A stretch of DNA of 64,000 bases, taken from Octopus sinensis (Eukaryota). Below the pieces are notes generated by a model. It worked only from the letters and a program-made list of their open reading frames with translations, did no database searches and was not told the origin of the DNA. Shown in pieces: positions 50,220-63,167 of the stretch (within the stretch, counting starts at the first letter, position 1; every line of letters begins with the position of its first letter). A program made the translations under genes and the position numbers. The stretch is from contig NC_042999.1 in the NCBI RefSeq assembly GCF_006345805.1, positions 98,828,001 to 98,892,000 on the forward strand, given 5' to 3'.

Positions 50220-50264
50220 TCTGTGTATCATGACTTCCAGGTTATTTCCCTTCATCAGCACAGA
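50220..50264 (-). ncRNA. Minimal type-I hammerhead motif, degenerate (A15.1G)
   Basis: Minus strand TCTGTG-CTGATGA-A-GGG(aaataa)CCT-G-GAAG-TCATGA-TA-CACAGA: 6-bp helix I, 3-bp helix II, palindromic TCATGA. Confidence 0.65.
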
Positions 50265-53200
50265 ATAATTGTTCGGCTAGAAGTTTCGAAATATATAGTT
50301 TTTAAAGTGACAACTAGTCACTGATCTATAAATTAGAAGATTTATAGGGGCTAAATTACAGCAACATTCATCCTAAACCAGGATTGTCACGTTATGTTGG
50401 TAAATAATATTTACTCCAAAGTACTGTTGCTGAATATGTCTCATTGTGAGATTTAGAAATAATAATTTTCTAACTTGGTTGTTGATCATTAGACACACAT
50501 ATTGATATAACTTGCTGAAAGATTAGAATCAGAGCTGGAGCATAAACTATATCCCAAACTGTAATATTTTTCAGACAAATGCCAAATAATATTTTTAAAT
50601 TCCATTCTTCCTCCAAGGATTATGAATCAAAAAATTTATTATTTATGAATTAGTTATGCAATAATGCGTTTAAAATGTTATGTATATTGTTGCTGATGAT
50701 TAGCTCTATGCCATCCCTATTTGGGTAGATCTATGACTAAAAGTGTAACAAGAAATGACCTTTCTGTCTTTTTCCCAGGAACAGTTCATCCAGGAACCTT
50801 CTTTGGCTGGTATAATTACGGTTGAAGTAAATTAAACTACAGCAACTTCATTGATCTTTTAATTTGAATAATTGAGATGACATCGTATAATGTCCTTTTT
50901 TCCCCAAGTATTATAAAGAAGATAACCCAATAAAACTCTGTTTCCCAACCCATTTGTCACTTATTCTTTTTTTCTTTTACTCTTTTTATGGTTTCAGTCA
51001 TTGGACTGTGGCCACCTCAAATTATTGTCTATTGGTTTTTTGTCTTATGGCAGGAAGTTGGTCTGTGATTGAGTTTGTAACAGCTGATCTTCCTTGGGTG
51101 TGTCCTTGCATGTTTAGATGATCTGGTATCATAGTTGGGAGTTTGTATATCATTTTTTAAAATGTTTCAGTAAAGATTCCTTTTGTACTTCTGATTTCTT
51201 TAGATAAGACTGGTACAATAATGTGCTTTTGTTCATGATTTCAAAGGTGGTGTATTTGTAAGCTGACAGCATCTGTCAGTTCATGCATTAAAAACCTGTC
51301 TAATACTGAAGTTTGGAACATGCCCCTTCAGGATTTTCCATATGTATATCTCTCTCTTTGGCATTCAAGAGAGCAGAGACAAAGGGCTTTTAGGCATTGT
51401 ATTTGAAAGAAAAAAAAAGAAAATTTGCAGGGGAACAAATAGATAATGAGTCAACAATGGCGCCTCTGTGAAGTTGCATTAATTGCTAGATATAGCAACT
51501 AAATCTCTTCAAATCAAACCCTGTCATCTTAGACAAGGAAGTACATATTGGATAAAGTAGTCCTAGATACCTCTGTAAGGCAAAATGATCAAGATTGGAA
51601 TTTTTTTGTGAGCATAGGTATGCTTAATCAAAGCTGACCTGGGATTAAACAATAAAAGCAATCAATCACAACCAATATTGCTTAGTTTGTAGCACAGGTG
51701 GGACCCAGTCTTTAGTAAGATTGTGTTAATAAAAAAATACCAATATCGGAAAAAATAAAAATAAATGATTAATGTTGTCAGGCAGATATACTCACTGAAG
51801 ACATTGTCTTTTTTGTGACAAAAAATCTTTGCAGCCGTTAGTATTTAAATCTGATTCCTATAAACACTCTTGGTTGTCTGGATTTTTTTTCACTAAGAAA
51901 ATTTATTAATACCATAAAATTCTTTGCTTGTTTTATCCAAATATTAACAAAAAAAAAAGTATTATACACTAATTAATATCAACATCCTCTCTAATCTACA
52001 CCACATACATACTCACAAAAACATTTACAAGCATACACATGTATGCATGCATGTGTGGTGCACATATGTAGTTTATATTATAGAATCTCTGTTCTCTATC
52101 AGTAGTGTCAATAGAATGTTTAACCTGTAAAATGCAGTGGGGAAAATCCCTCAACATCTTACGAACTGTAAATCATCAATCATTCTCCATTTTTCTATAT
52201 CTCTGTAACTATCTCTACACTTGTTTCCATCTTATTGCTAAAAATAGGAAGAGAGAGAGGAGGGAAGAGAGGGAGAGGGTTGGAAGAGAAAGAGGAGGGA
52301 AGAGAGAGAGTGAAAGAAACTAGTATTTAATGTACTCTTTGGTTATTTCCACTTATTAATAACTATAGCTACTCAATACTCAATTACCCTGCAGCTGTAA
52401 CAAAAATGTGCCAAATTGAGTTTGGCACGATGGAAATATTTCTTCTTATAACTACCTGACTTTCAAAATGGCAAATTGGCATCATTATGTCAAATCTAGC
52501 AACTCTCGTTGCAATAGCAGCAAAATTTGAACCCACAAAGTTTAATTAAGTAACTATACATCAACTCAATTGATAGAATTGCAATCTGTTGTCAGATTTT
52601 TCAAAGACTTCTCTTGTGACTGATTGCTACCAAATTGTAATGCTCAGTGAAATTGATACTCACTGCCAGAATTGCTTCCTCCACCACCATTCTGACCAAT
52701 CCAATTCTTTTGTTAATATGCAAAGAAAGAGAAGAGGCTAAGTCAACTCCTATAGGACAAATATATGTCTCTTCATAGTGGCTTAGATTGATTGATTCTG
52801 TAAAATTAATGAATGAAACATTGATGACTTCAGAATTGCTGATCTCTATTCCAGTTATGGATTGGCAGAACAGCAAGAGCATGCAGTATTTACTTATGGT
52901 CCTTTATGTTCTGATTTCAAATCCCATTGAAGTAAAATTTGCTTATCATTATAGGATCAGTAGACTTTTTGTTTTAGTTTTTAGCCAGAAGGGAAGGCAG
53001 TGCCCATGACCCTTCGGAGACCCTCCAAAACTGGTAGTAGGAGGAAGGAAGATGCCCTCAAGCTGGAGATATGGCCAAAATGCTTGTAATAGAGTGGGCT
53101 CTGTTAATGGTTGTCAAGATACCAAGAAGAGATGTTGAACAGAACATTGGATTAAGTTTATCATTCAAAAAAGCTATAGTCGAATTTGAACTTAGAATGC

Positions 53201-54199
53201 AAAAAAAAAGAAAAAAGAACTAGAATAATACCACAAGGTATCTAAGTCAACATTCTTACAGTTCCACTAATACACTTCCTTGGATAGTAATTATTTTATT
53301 AACCCTAAAGAGATTGAATCTGAATTAACATTGATGGGATCTGAATTCAGAAAGTAGAGAGTCAGAACAATATTGTAAAGCATTGTAACCAATGCTCTGA
53401 CAACTATGTCAATCTATAGAACAGTTAAGTACTGAAGTTGATCTAAATTTGTATACTACATCCTAAATATGAATAGAATCATAATAAAAGGCAAGTTAAT
53501 TATTTTTAACATCTAAAGAATATATGAGGTTGTTTTCACTTGGTTGCAGTTGTAAGAGCTCATTATTACTTCTAACTGAATAGATACAAATGTATCATAC
53601 CATCCGTTGTATATACTATAGGAAAGGTAGCTGAGAATGATAATTACTTCATAAATTTCATTCTGAACTTCTTTTAAGGAAGTCCACTTTTATAGCACAT
53701 GAAAATGTGTAAATGAATGATGTGTGTGTGAGAGAGAGTGTTTATTTGTTGTGTTTTGTAGTAATACATTATGTTTCAAATACTTAATATTGATGAAATG
53801 ACAGTGTTCTTCAACAGTGTATTGTTTCACCCGTCAGTGAAACAGAATGATTGGGTGGAGATTTGGACTCTACTGTCGCTTATCGCATGTTGACACAGAC
53901 TGGCAGATAATTAAATTAGCCCACCCTTTGCTTCTATTTTATTAACTCTGGAAGGATGAAAGTTAAAGTTCACCTCAGCAGGATTTGAATGAGCTAGAAC
54001 TGTACCTCAAGGCATATTGTCTTATGCTCTAATTATTCTGTCAAGCTCTACTATCATTAATTTCATTCCAGTACAGATGGTTATAGTTCTTCATCATTCT
54101 TTATAATCAATAAAATGCAAACTAATTTGAGAAGAACAGAAAAGATGCTATGTTGAAAAATGATGGAGAAAAAATTGGTGTCTACATAGTCTACTAACT

Positions 54200-54700
54200 T
54201 GTAAAACATCATAAACAATTATACCACCTTACACTGCCAATGTTTACTGTACTTCTGCAATATACTGTATACATTTATGACACTATACACTGCCATTATT
54301 TACTAAACTGTTATATAATACTTTAAACATTTATGTCAATAGACTAACATCAAAGTCGCAATTGACATTTATGTTATGATATACTTTCAGTTCTTACTGA
54401 ATTACTATATAGTACTATAAACATTTATATTACAATGTACTTTTGATGTTTAGTGAACTACTGTATAATACTATAAACATTCATGCCACAAAAGACTATA
54501 AATTTCAAAGTCATAGTTGACATTTATGTTTTAATGAATTACTATATTATACTATAAATATTTATGCTTTGCTGCACTATTGTATAATACTACAAACCTA
54601 TATGTTAAAGTACATTGTAAACATGTATGACGGACTACATTGTCAATATTCATATCACAATACACTGTTATTATTTATTGACATTTATTAAGTATAACTG
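54200..54700. repeat. Highly degenerate AT-rich tandem repeat
   Basis: Recurring actatataatactataaacatttatg-like motif. Confidence 0.6.
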
Positions 54701-57700
54701 CATAGATGAAAGAAAGTGTTTATTGAAATGGATTTATCTATTGTCTGTTTGGATTTGAAAATGAAATATCATCAGGCAATTGGATCCAATAACAAAATAT
54801 AATATATAATTTAGATACATTTTCAAAAAAGTAAGCATACAGAATCAGTTAAGGATTAGTGTGTGTGAGTGTGAGTGAGTGAGAGAGAGAGAAAATCTCT
54901 GTAAAATTCAGCTGTTTTGAAAACAGAAAGATGTCTTTGAAATTTCAAATGATTTACTGTAATAATATAACTTTTTGAATAAAGTATAGTCCATCTATTC
55001 TGTCTTTGACTTTCATCTGATGTTTTCAATTCATCAAAACAGATTTTCAGCTGCAACACAATGTTGTTACAGTTGAATATCTATTTTGTTAAGATGAACT
55101 TTGTCTTTCATCTTTCCAGAGTCAGTAAAATAAAATAGAAATGTTAAGTTCATCTGAACAGCATCAAATCAAATGTTTTATAGCTTTTGCTTACATTTTC
55201 CAATTATGTAAGTTAAAGATAAGAGCAGATAAACAATATGATTGACCAGAGATTACTATTTTCTCTTAAAGGTGGCACATTTGATATCTTACACTTTTGT
55301 TGAATTAACTTAAAACCTTTTCACATCAAATATGAATACCAACTATAAGAAAAGCTTGTGTAGCTACTAAAATCTAACATAAAGCTACACTAGTTAAATT
55401 TTTGTAAACACTTTTATATACAAGTATAGGCTGCATGGTTTTTGAGAATTTAGATATTAGCACAAAGTGGAAAACTCTATGGTTCTCTGAGTTTAGGGTG
55501 TCATAACACTCTGAGTCCTTTGTGATATGCATGCATAAACAAATACTATAACCCCTGGCCAACCAAGACCTTGTGAGTGAATTTGGCAGATGGAAATGGG
55601 AAGTAGCCCATTGAATGAATATATTTGTGTATGTATGAATATATATATGTATATACATTTGTGTCTCCTTATCTTGAGATTCCCTCACAAGTTGCACAAG
55701 CAGTGTCATTCTTTTTCAGTAAAATTATGTCCAATCATGGGGAAATATTATGTTGGTTGGAAACAGGCAAGATTTGACCATAAGAAGGTATCTAGCTGTA
55801 AAAAAATCAGGTTTTGATGAATTCCGTCTGATTCATGTAAGTAAGGAAATGTAACTAATGATAAGATTAATAATGTTTTATTTTAAAATGCAGTGACTTT
55901 CAACATTCATCATTTCATATATTTGTAAACAACTTTAAAAACTTTGACATTCACGTACTCTCAAACGGAAATCCATGCTTCTGTAAAAATGATATCTTGC
56001 CAGAGGAATTAAAATTTGGTGGCGAGTGATATAGGAATGTAGCAGATGAACACTCATTAAAAGAACACTGTAAGGAATTTGTTGGGGATATTCAACAGTC
56101 GAAGGAATTGAGACAAGCAGTTTAGGCATCAAATAAATAAACAGATAATTGGGCATGAGGGTTTTCTAGAAAGTTGTTAGCTGCAGCATGAGAATCTTAA
56201 TTTGTTTCTATTGAAGGAGTTTTTGACATTTCACATATATGATAAAAATTTGAGTTGATAATTCAAAATTTTTTTGTTGAAAATTATTCTGAAAAGATAG
56301 AATCATTTTCTATATTCTTGTTAAATTATTCTAATTTTCCAAATTGCATGCATGCTCACATGTATAGATGTAATTGTGTATTGGATATTTGTATCAATGT
56401 ATTTGGTTGTATAACATATATATGAGAATATGTGAGAATTCTGTGTATTAGAATTTAATAAGATAACAGAAAAGGAAGAGAAAATGACAGTTTGGCAGAG
56501 GAATCTGAGATATGAGATATAATGAAGATTCCAGGCATTAAATTGAAAAATGTAACAAAATAGAAATAGCAGAGAAAATTAGAGGGAAAAATGGGGAAAG
56601 AGTGAGAGTGAAAGAGAAGGAGGAATAATTAATGCAGAATACTAAGGAAAGAGAGAAAAAGAGGTTAAGCTGGGGTGAAATGATGTTTAAATAGTTGTTG
56701 TATACTATTAACCTGTTGTATTTGATGATAAGGCTCTGTGTTGATTATAACTCATAAACTGATTGTTCATTTTCCAAACAGGGTATTATTATATTTTATA
56801 ACCAAAAGAAGAAAACTTTTCAAATAAAGATATGCAGAAATATTTCCTTCTTGATTGCATGTGAACATTATGGCTTTGTTAGTACTAAGCTGCATACTGT
56901 GAATGAGAGCAACAGTTATTGTTGTGAGCAAATTGATCTGTACAAGAGATTACTAAGAAAACATTTGTTTCATAAAATCTTGTGTGTTATTCCTACATTG
57001 TTGTCTGACCAGTATTAACTTCAAAGCACTGAAGAAAGGAAAAAAAGAAACATTTCAGTCTTTGTGATATTACGTAAAGCAAAATTAGCAATAACATAAC
57101 AGTCCTAATTAGGGCTGGTAGGATGAATGAGTCACTTGAATTTCATTGACTTTTACAAATAAAAAATGTTGTCTTAGTATTGTTATCTTTATACTACACT
57201 CATTTTCTTTCCACTTTGGGAAATACTGTTACACTTTTATGTAAAAGTTCCATTTGTCTTGAAGTCAATAGCATTTATCAGACGTTTGTGAGTTCCTTTA
57301 GTACAGAGATTTACTTCTGATTCACCTGTTTGTTATGTTTGTTATCAGTTCTTGTTCCATATTTTGGGACCTAAAAATTGGTTGATCAGCTTTTAACTAA
57401 CCAGTTTGCATAAAACTAAAATATGCAAAATAATTACCATTAACCTTTTGTGACTTTATTTAAAACAAAATTCATTGTGCATCATCAGCAACAAACAAAA
57501 GTTGCATAATGCTAATTGGCTACTTTAACACAACAATCTGCACACAATGCAACCTCACCAATCATTTCTTCACATATCTCTGTAGATCAAAACTAAGATC
57601 AGTTTCCATTTATTTTCCATAAAGGCTGTTTGAATAGAAATATTGGCAAAAGTGTAAAGTTTTAATTAAAAAAAAAATTGGAGTGATTGTTTTAAAATAA

Positions 57701-59362
57701 TTATTTTCATTTATTTATTAAGCTTTATATTGCAATTTGAACAGTAGAACCATTGATAACAGATTTTCAGCCAGTCACTGGCTCACTGCATTTCTAATAG
57801 CAAGCATGGCAACAGAATACCTAACTCAATGCAGAGCAAATGTCACAAGGGTTTTTTGCTCTAAGAGCACAGGACTTGGGTTCATTGCTGATATTTTAAA
57901 TTCTTCACCTTTGTACATAAGCAAAAGATACGCACATATGTTCCCACATGCTCATACTCTTATGTACAAACACACATATGCACCATATGCATATATGTGC
58001 CAGCTGTCCAAAGTTTTGATCTACTAAATTTCTTTTACAAATTATTAGTCAGTTTGACCAAGGTTCAACACAGTGTGATCAAAACCTTGGAACCATGTGG
58101 TTTTGAAGTAAATTACTTAATTACACAGTCATACTTGTATTACTTATTTAGTAACCCAATATTTAGGGTAATAGTTTTAAAAGTTATTGCAAAAATTATA
58201 ATGACAGGTGTTAATTTAAATACAAATATTTTAAAAGAGATAAATTTTGAATCAAAATAGTTGTGGTGTATTCTCAAGTTGGTTTCAAAAAAATTAGATG
58301 ACTTTGGAACTTGCTCAGTAGTCCATTAAGTGCTTTAACATAGAGCTCAAATTCTAAAATATTATTCCTGCTAGTAAAAACAATAACTTGTGTGTGTATA
58401 TGCATCACATAGAAACTGGAACTTGAGTACACTCAAGTAATTTTCTTCAATTTGAAGCTGTTATTTATAAAATTTGATTATTAGGAGTCATGAATACAAT
58501 TTCTTGAATATCTCAAGAAATAGTATTTCAATGAGAAGAAAATGACTCTTACAGCTTCATGATAATAATTGCAAATTATATTACATGATAAAATTAAATT
58601 AATTGTATGAAACATCAATAATAAATTACTAACAATTGTAGAAAAATAATGTTTGGTCTGTCTAAATTATCTGGAAAGAAAATGTTATTGAAATTCATTT
58701 TGAAGTTGAAAGATTTAAAGAAATACTTCATGCATTCATTTTCAGATTCACCCTCATTATAAAAATGAAACATAACAAAGTGAAAAACAACAACAAAAAC
58801 CATAAACAAAACAAAACAAAACAAAATAAAAACAAAGCAAAACAAAAGAAAGCAAAAACCTGACAAAACCAAACAAAAATAAAAATGAAAACTTCTATCC
58901 TTTGTTGTACATTGATGAATGATAACAAAAGGAATATGGGTTTATTTTCTTGGCAATTTCAATAACAAAGAATTTTTATATGTGTAGCCAAGTTATATAT
59001 TGAAATCTGAAGATAGAAAGATAAAAATGTCTCAGATGAATTAACCATCTCATTAGCTGCTTTAGATTTACTATTAATAAAGCATCCAATTTAATTAACA
59101 TTTTAAGCTTCAAGTCTCTAATCTGAAGTCTGAGCAATTTATGAAGCTTCATAAAAGTAAGTTCTATCTTATTGATGAAAATTTAATGAAATATTAACAG
59201 TGACTATTGAGCATAAAAATTAAATATCTGTAAGTAAAAAATGAAAATATATTACATTTGATTTTTTTTTATTAAAAGAAACATCTCTTCATATTTCACC
59301 ATATTATCCTCTCTAATATGTCATTTAATGGAAACCTGTATATGCTGGTTCTTTCCTGTATA

Positions 59363-59753
59363 GGCACAGGCGTGGCTGTGTGGTAAGAAGCTTGCTTCCC
59401 AACCACATGGTTTCGGGTTCAGTCCCACTGCATGACCATCTTGGGTAAGTGTCTTCCACTATAACCTCAGGCTGACCAAAGCCTTGTGAGTGGATTTGGT
59501 AGACAGAAACTGAAAGAAGCCCATCATGTATATATATATGTATGTAAATATATTTATGTATGTGGCTTTGTGTCTGTGTTTGACCCCCCCCACCACCGCC
59601 ACCATCGCTTGACAACCAAAACTTAGCTGTTTGGCAAAAGCAACCAAGAGAATAAGTGCTAGACTTACAAAGAATAAATCTTGGGGTCAATTTCTTCAAT
59701 TAAAGGCATTGCTCCAGCATGTCTGCAGTCAAATGACTGAAATGTGTAAAACA

Positions 59754-59754
<1 letters not shown>
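59363..59754 (+). repeat. tRNA-type SINE, family B, long copy
   Basis: ggcacaggcgtggctgtgtggtaagaagcttgcttcccaaccacatggtttcgggttcagtcccactg... through ccagcatgtctgcagtcaaatgactgaaa. Confidence 0.8.
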
Positions 59755-59791
<37 letters not shown>

Positions 59792-60039
59792 TGTATTACT
59801 TGCTAAAATGTAGAGGAAGGAGTATTGCCTAAGGCCCTTACAGCCCTGCCAAAATCCGTAAGGTTGATACCGTTAATGTTTTGTTTTAATTTTTTCAGGT
59901 TAACATCTGTAGGAAAAGCACAAGCAAGGGGTAGTTGCCAAATAGGATCAATTTTCAAGAGAGAAAAGACTGGGTGTAGTGATTAGTGCAGGCAAGAGGG
60001 TAATGAATGCAACAAAGGTAATGGAAAAAAATCCATGTG

Positions 60040-61095
60040 GTTTATGAGTATATGAATGGTAGAGGTATAAGGCCAGCCAGCACCATCTTCCATTTCACTA
60101 TGAAATTTCCACAGCCACTCTGCTTCTCTATAATGCTGAAGTTCTTTGATACAGATTTCTAAAACTTCTTTGCTCTTTCAGCATCTGGTAAATCACTTAC
60201 TGGATGTTCATCATCATTGTTCAGCTGTTGGTGAAATTACTCTTCATTATTTCTCAAGAGTCTGTTCTGTTAGTATTAGTTTGTTTCTTTGCTAGTATCT
60301 AGTTCTTTTTTTACCTGACACTGCTTTGACTTTTTGCCTTATCTCTTCTTTAACTATCATTTGTATCTAATTCACTTTCTTTGGATTGTATTCTTGTGTC
60401 TTTTCTTCATCTTTCTTTTTATTGTTATATTTATCCTTTCAAGATCTCTATTGAGCTGTTCAACATGGTTCTCAAGTCTTTGTTCTCACCATGCTTTTTT
60501 TTAACATCAAGACTTTCCACAGCAGTAGATGCTGTGTAGTATATGAGGTCATTTAGATCTCAATTTATTTTCAGTATAGATTTTTTGTATTAACAGTTCA
60601 TCTTTCTACTTTACTACATTACTTAGTTTTCCTCTTTTGATTCCTATTAAGATCTCTTTCTTTCATGAGTTTGTATCTCAATTAGACATTATCGTAAGTT
60701 CCTTTCATCCTCTGCAACATTCTTTCCTTTCTCCATCTGTTTTCATGTGGGATGACGATTTATTGCTTTCCTGGCGATTTATTGGTCCTTCTAATACCTC
60801 TTGTTCTTGATCGATTTCTTCTTCTTCGTATTCTATATAGTCATGTCTTTCATCTTCCACTGTTGTGGAGATCTCTTTCTGTTCTAACTGGGATCACCAC
60901 TGTCTTTCTCTGATTAAATTTTTCTGGTCTTGTCTAGAAGTCTTTGTTCTGAGACAGGGAACATGCTTTTCTCTATCCATATTTTATACTTCCATTCCCT
61001 GTATTCTATTTTGGTAGACTCACTTCTGTAATAACTTTTCATCATAGTCCTATTGTTGTTTTGAGACCATTTTCTCTTAATCTTTGTCAGACAGT
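60040..61095 (-). mobile_element. Old R4/Dong-type non-LTR retrotransposon, N-terminal (pre-RT) part of the ORF
   Basis: Decayed KRKWSQNNNRTMMKSYYRS...IW.EKSMFPVSEQRLLDK, LNDLIYYTASTAVESL, W*EQRLENHVEQLNRDLERI, QNRLLRNN...PDAERAKKF, AEWL match recalled R4/Dong N-terminal blocks. Confidence 0.7.
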
Positions 61096-61099
61096 ACAT

Positions 61100-62243
61100 T
61101 TGCTTTCAACACCCGTTGCATGGAGGACTGGGCATGCCGTGGCTGGTGATGTGCAGACATGTGCTGAAACTGCGACATCTCCAGCAATACCTTAACAGTG
61201 AGCAGGTGTGGTTGTCATTTGTTGAACATACTTTTCCACAGCTTGTCTTCTTGACAGAGCTACAGTCCTAGATCAATCATAGACTGAGGCAGGGTGCTTG
61301 GCACCTAGAGTGTCTCCAAGTGCTCACAGCCCTCAGCCAGTCGGGCAATGTGGTCGGTGGAAGTTCCACCTTGGAGTTCTATACAAAATTAGTGAAAGGC
61401 AAGAACGTCAGTGTACTCTGAGAGGTTCTGGACATTGAGGAGGATCAACTAACTGGTCTCTTCTGGAGGACTTTCAGGCCAGGAACTATGGATAACTTCC
61501 AGAGATCCCTGGCCTAGCAGTGCTACTGGGGGGCACTGCTGGTTTAAGACAAGCTCTACAGGCATGGGTGTGCAGTCAGTCAGGTTTATCTGAGATGCAT
61601 GCAGAGCAATGAAACCATTCTGCATGCTCTCATACAGTGCCCATACATTGCTGACTTGTTGAGCTTCATCGAACAGTTATTCTCACACATAGGAAAGATC
61701 TCATTATCGTCCAAGTCCATTGTGAAGATTGCCCCACTTCCTTCCTTTGGCTGGGAAGGGAGGGCAATTTTTCTCTGTCTGGTGGCTATGGCAAAGGAGG
61801 TTGTATGGTGGATGTAATTGAACAGGCTAAAGACAAGTACCTTCCTCTTTGGCCAAGGCCTCATTAATTTTTTTCAGGTTCCATTTGAAAAGGAAAGTGA
61901 GGTTGGAGAGGGAGGTACTGTCATCCAATAAGTTCATTGAAATGTGGGTGAATGTGACAAGAATGGCCTGCGTGAGTCGGCCTACTCTAAGTGTGTGCCT
62001 GAAGGCTAAAAGGAAAGAAGAAAGAATGCCTTCCTAAGAATCTGTTGGTGTTAAGTGTCCAAAGTGCTTAAGGTCTCTTTGGGCTTCTTACAGTGGAACT
62101 CCCTCCTATTTGGAAGCATATTATTAATTTAATCTCTTTGTTAATTGTTGTGTTTGTTGTCTGTTTACACGTTTAACCTCACTGTCCCTTGTCTGTGTAT
62201 CATCCTCTATGTTTTGTGTTTGACCCCGGTGGCCAATAAAGAA
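61100..62243 (+). mobile_element. L1/Tx1-type LINE 3' portion
   Basis: QHPLHGGLGMPWL...NFQRSLA*QCYWGALLV*DKLYRHG...LRCMQSNETILHALIQCP (degenerate C-terminal CCHC knuckle), in-frame stops, then a T-rich 3' UTR with AATAAA at ~62235. Confidence 0.75.
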
Positions 62244-62263
62244 TTATTATTATTATCATTACT

Positions 62264-62299
<36 letters not shown>

Positions 62300-62311
62300 T
62301 TATTATTATTA
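62243..62311. repeat. (TTA)n/(TAA)n microsatellite
   Basis: Direct inspection; a second block lies at 63120-63180. Confidence 0.95.
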
Positions 62312-63109
62312 TTTTTTTTTTTTTTTCTGTTTTCAAATTTGCTTCCATTTCTTGCCGAGTGTCTTCCCGACTCCTAGGGCAAAGAAACTCATAGTATACA
62401 TTGATAGGCCATTAAACTAAACTCAATAGTTCGTTCATTTTTTTTTTTTTTTGAGTTAAATTAAAATACATGGGTAGTAGTAGTACTCACATCGACAATA
62501 CTCTTCTCAATACATGTGATGTACCAGTTAAGACAATCTTTTGCACTTCTTGCAGGGATGGTAAGCCAGGGATCATTCTCATATAATTTTCGGTCCCCTT
62601 CTTGATCATTCCTAGTGCTCCTACGATCACTGGTATTGTAACCGCCTTGAGATGCCACATTTTCTCAATTTCAATGAGTAGGTCTTTATATTTTCTGAGC
62701 TTGTCAAACTCTTTCGCCGAGATATTATGATCACAGGGGATGCTCATGTCGATCAATAAGCAAACTTTATTGTTTTGGTCTTTCACAACAATATCTGGTT
62801 TATTGGCTTTGATGGTTCGGTCTGTATGTACTGGAAAGTCCCACAGAATCATTACATTTTCTCCTTCAGTTACAGCCTCAGGGTGGTGATTATACCACTT
62901 GTCGGCAGTTTTGATATTGTAATGCCGACTTATTAGCCAGTGTAGATATTGGCCAACTCTGTCATGTCTTAATTTATACTCCACTGGTGCTAAGACTTTA
63001 CATCCAGAGATTAGGTGGTCCACTGTTTCAATCATGTCATTGCAGAATCGGCATTTTGGGTCTGCTCCATTTTTCATTACATTGGCCTGGTAGTTCCGGG
63101 TTAATAGGC

Positions 63110-63110
<1 letters not shown>
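62312..63110 (-). mobile_element. Young 5'-truncated R4/Dong-type element: CCHC knuckle plus restriction-like endonuclease (ORF 62487-63110), 3' UTR and poly(A)
   Basis: Open frame CRFCNDMIETVDHLISGC, KLRHDRV, ILWDFPVHTDRTIKANKPDIVV..CLLIDMSIP..KEFDKLRKYKDL..PVIVGALG (PD..D..K RLE); poly(A) at 62312-62326; (TAA)n on both sides. Confidence 0.92.

Positions 63111-63167
<57 letters not shown>

Noticed and set aside
52601-52882. 93-aa minus-strand ORF
   Set aside because: No motif or splice support; it overlaps a SINE fragment at one end.
55271-55303. GGTFDILH resembling nucleotidyltransferase or Hsp70 motifs
   Set aside because: A stop follows three codons later, there is no good donor, and eight residues is within chance.
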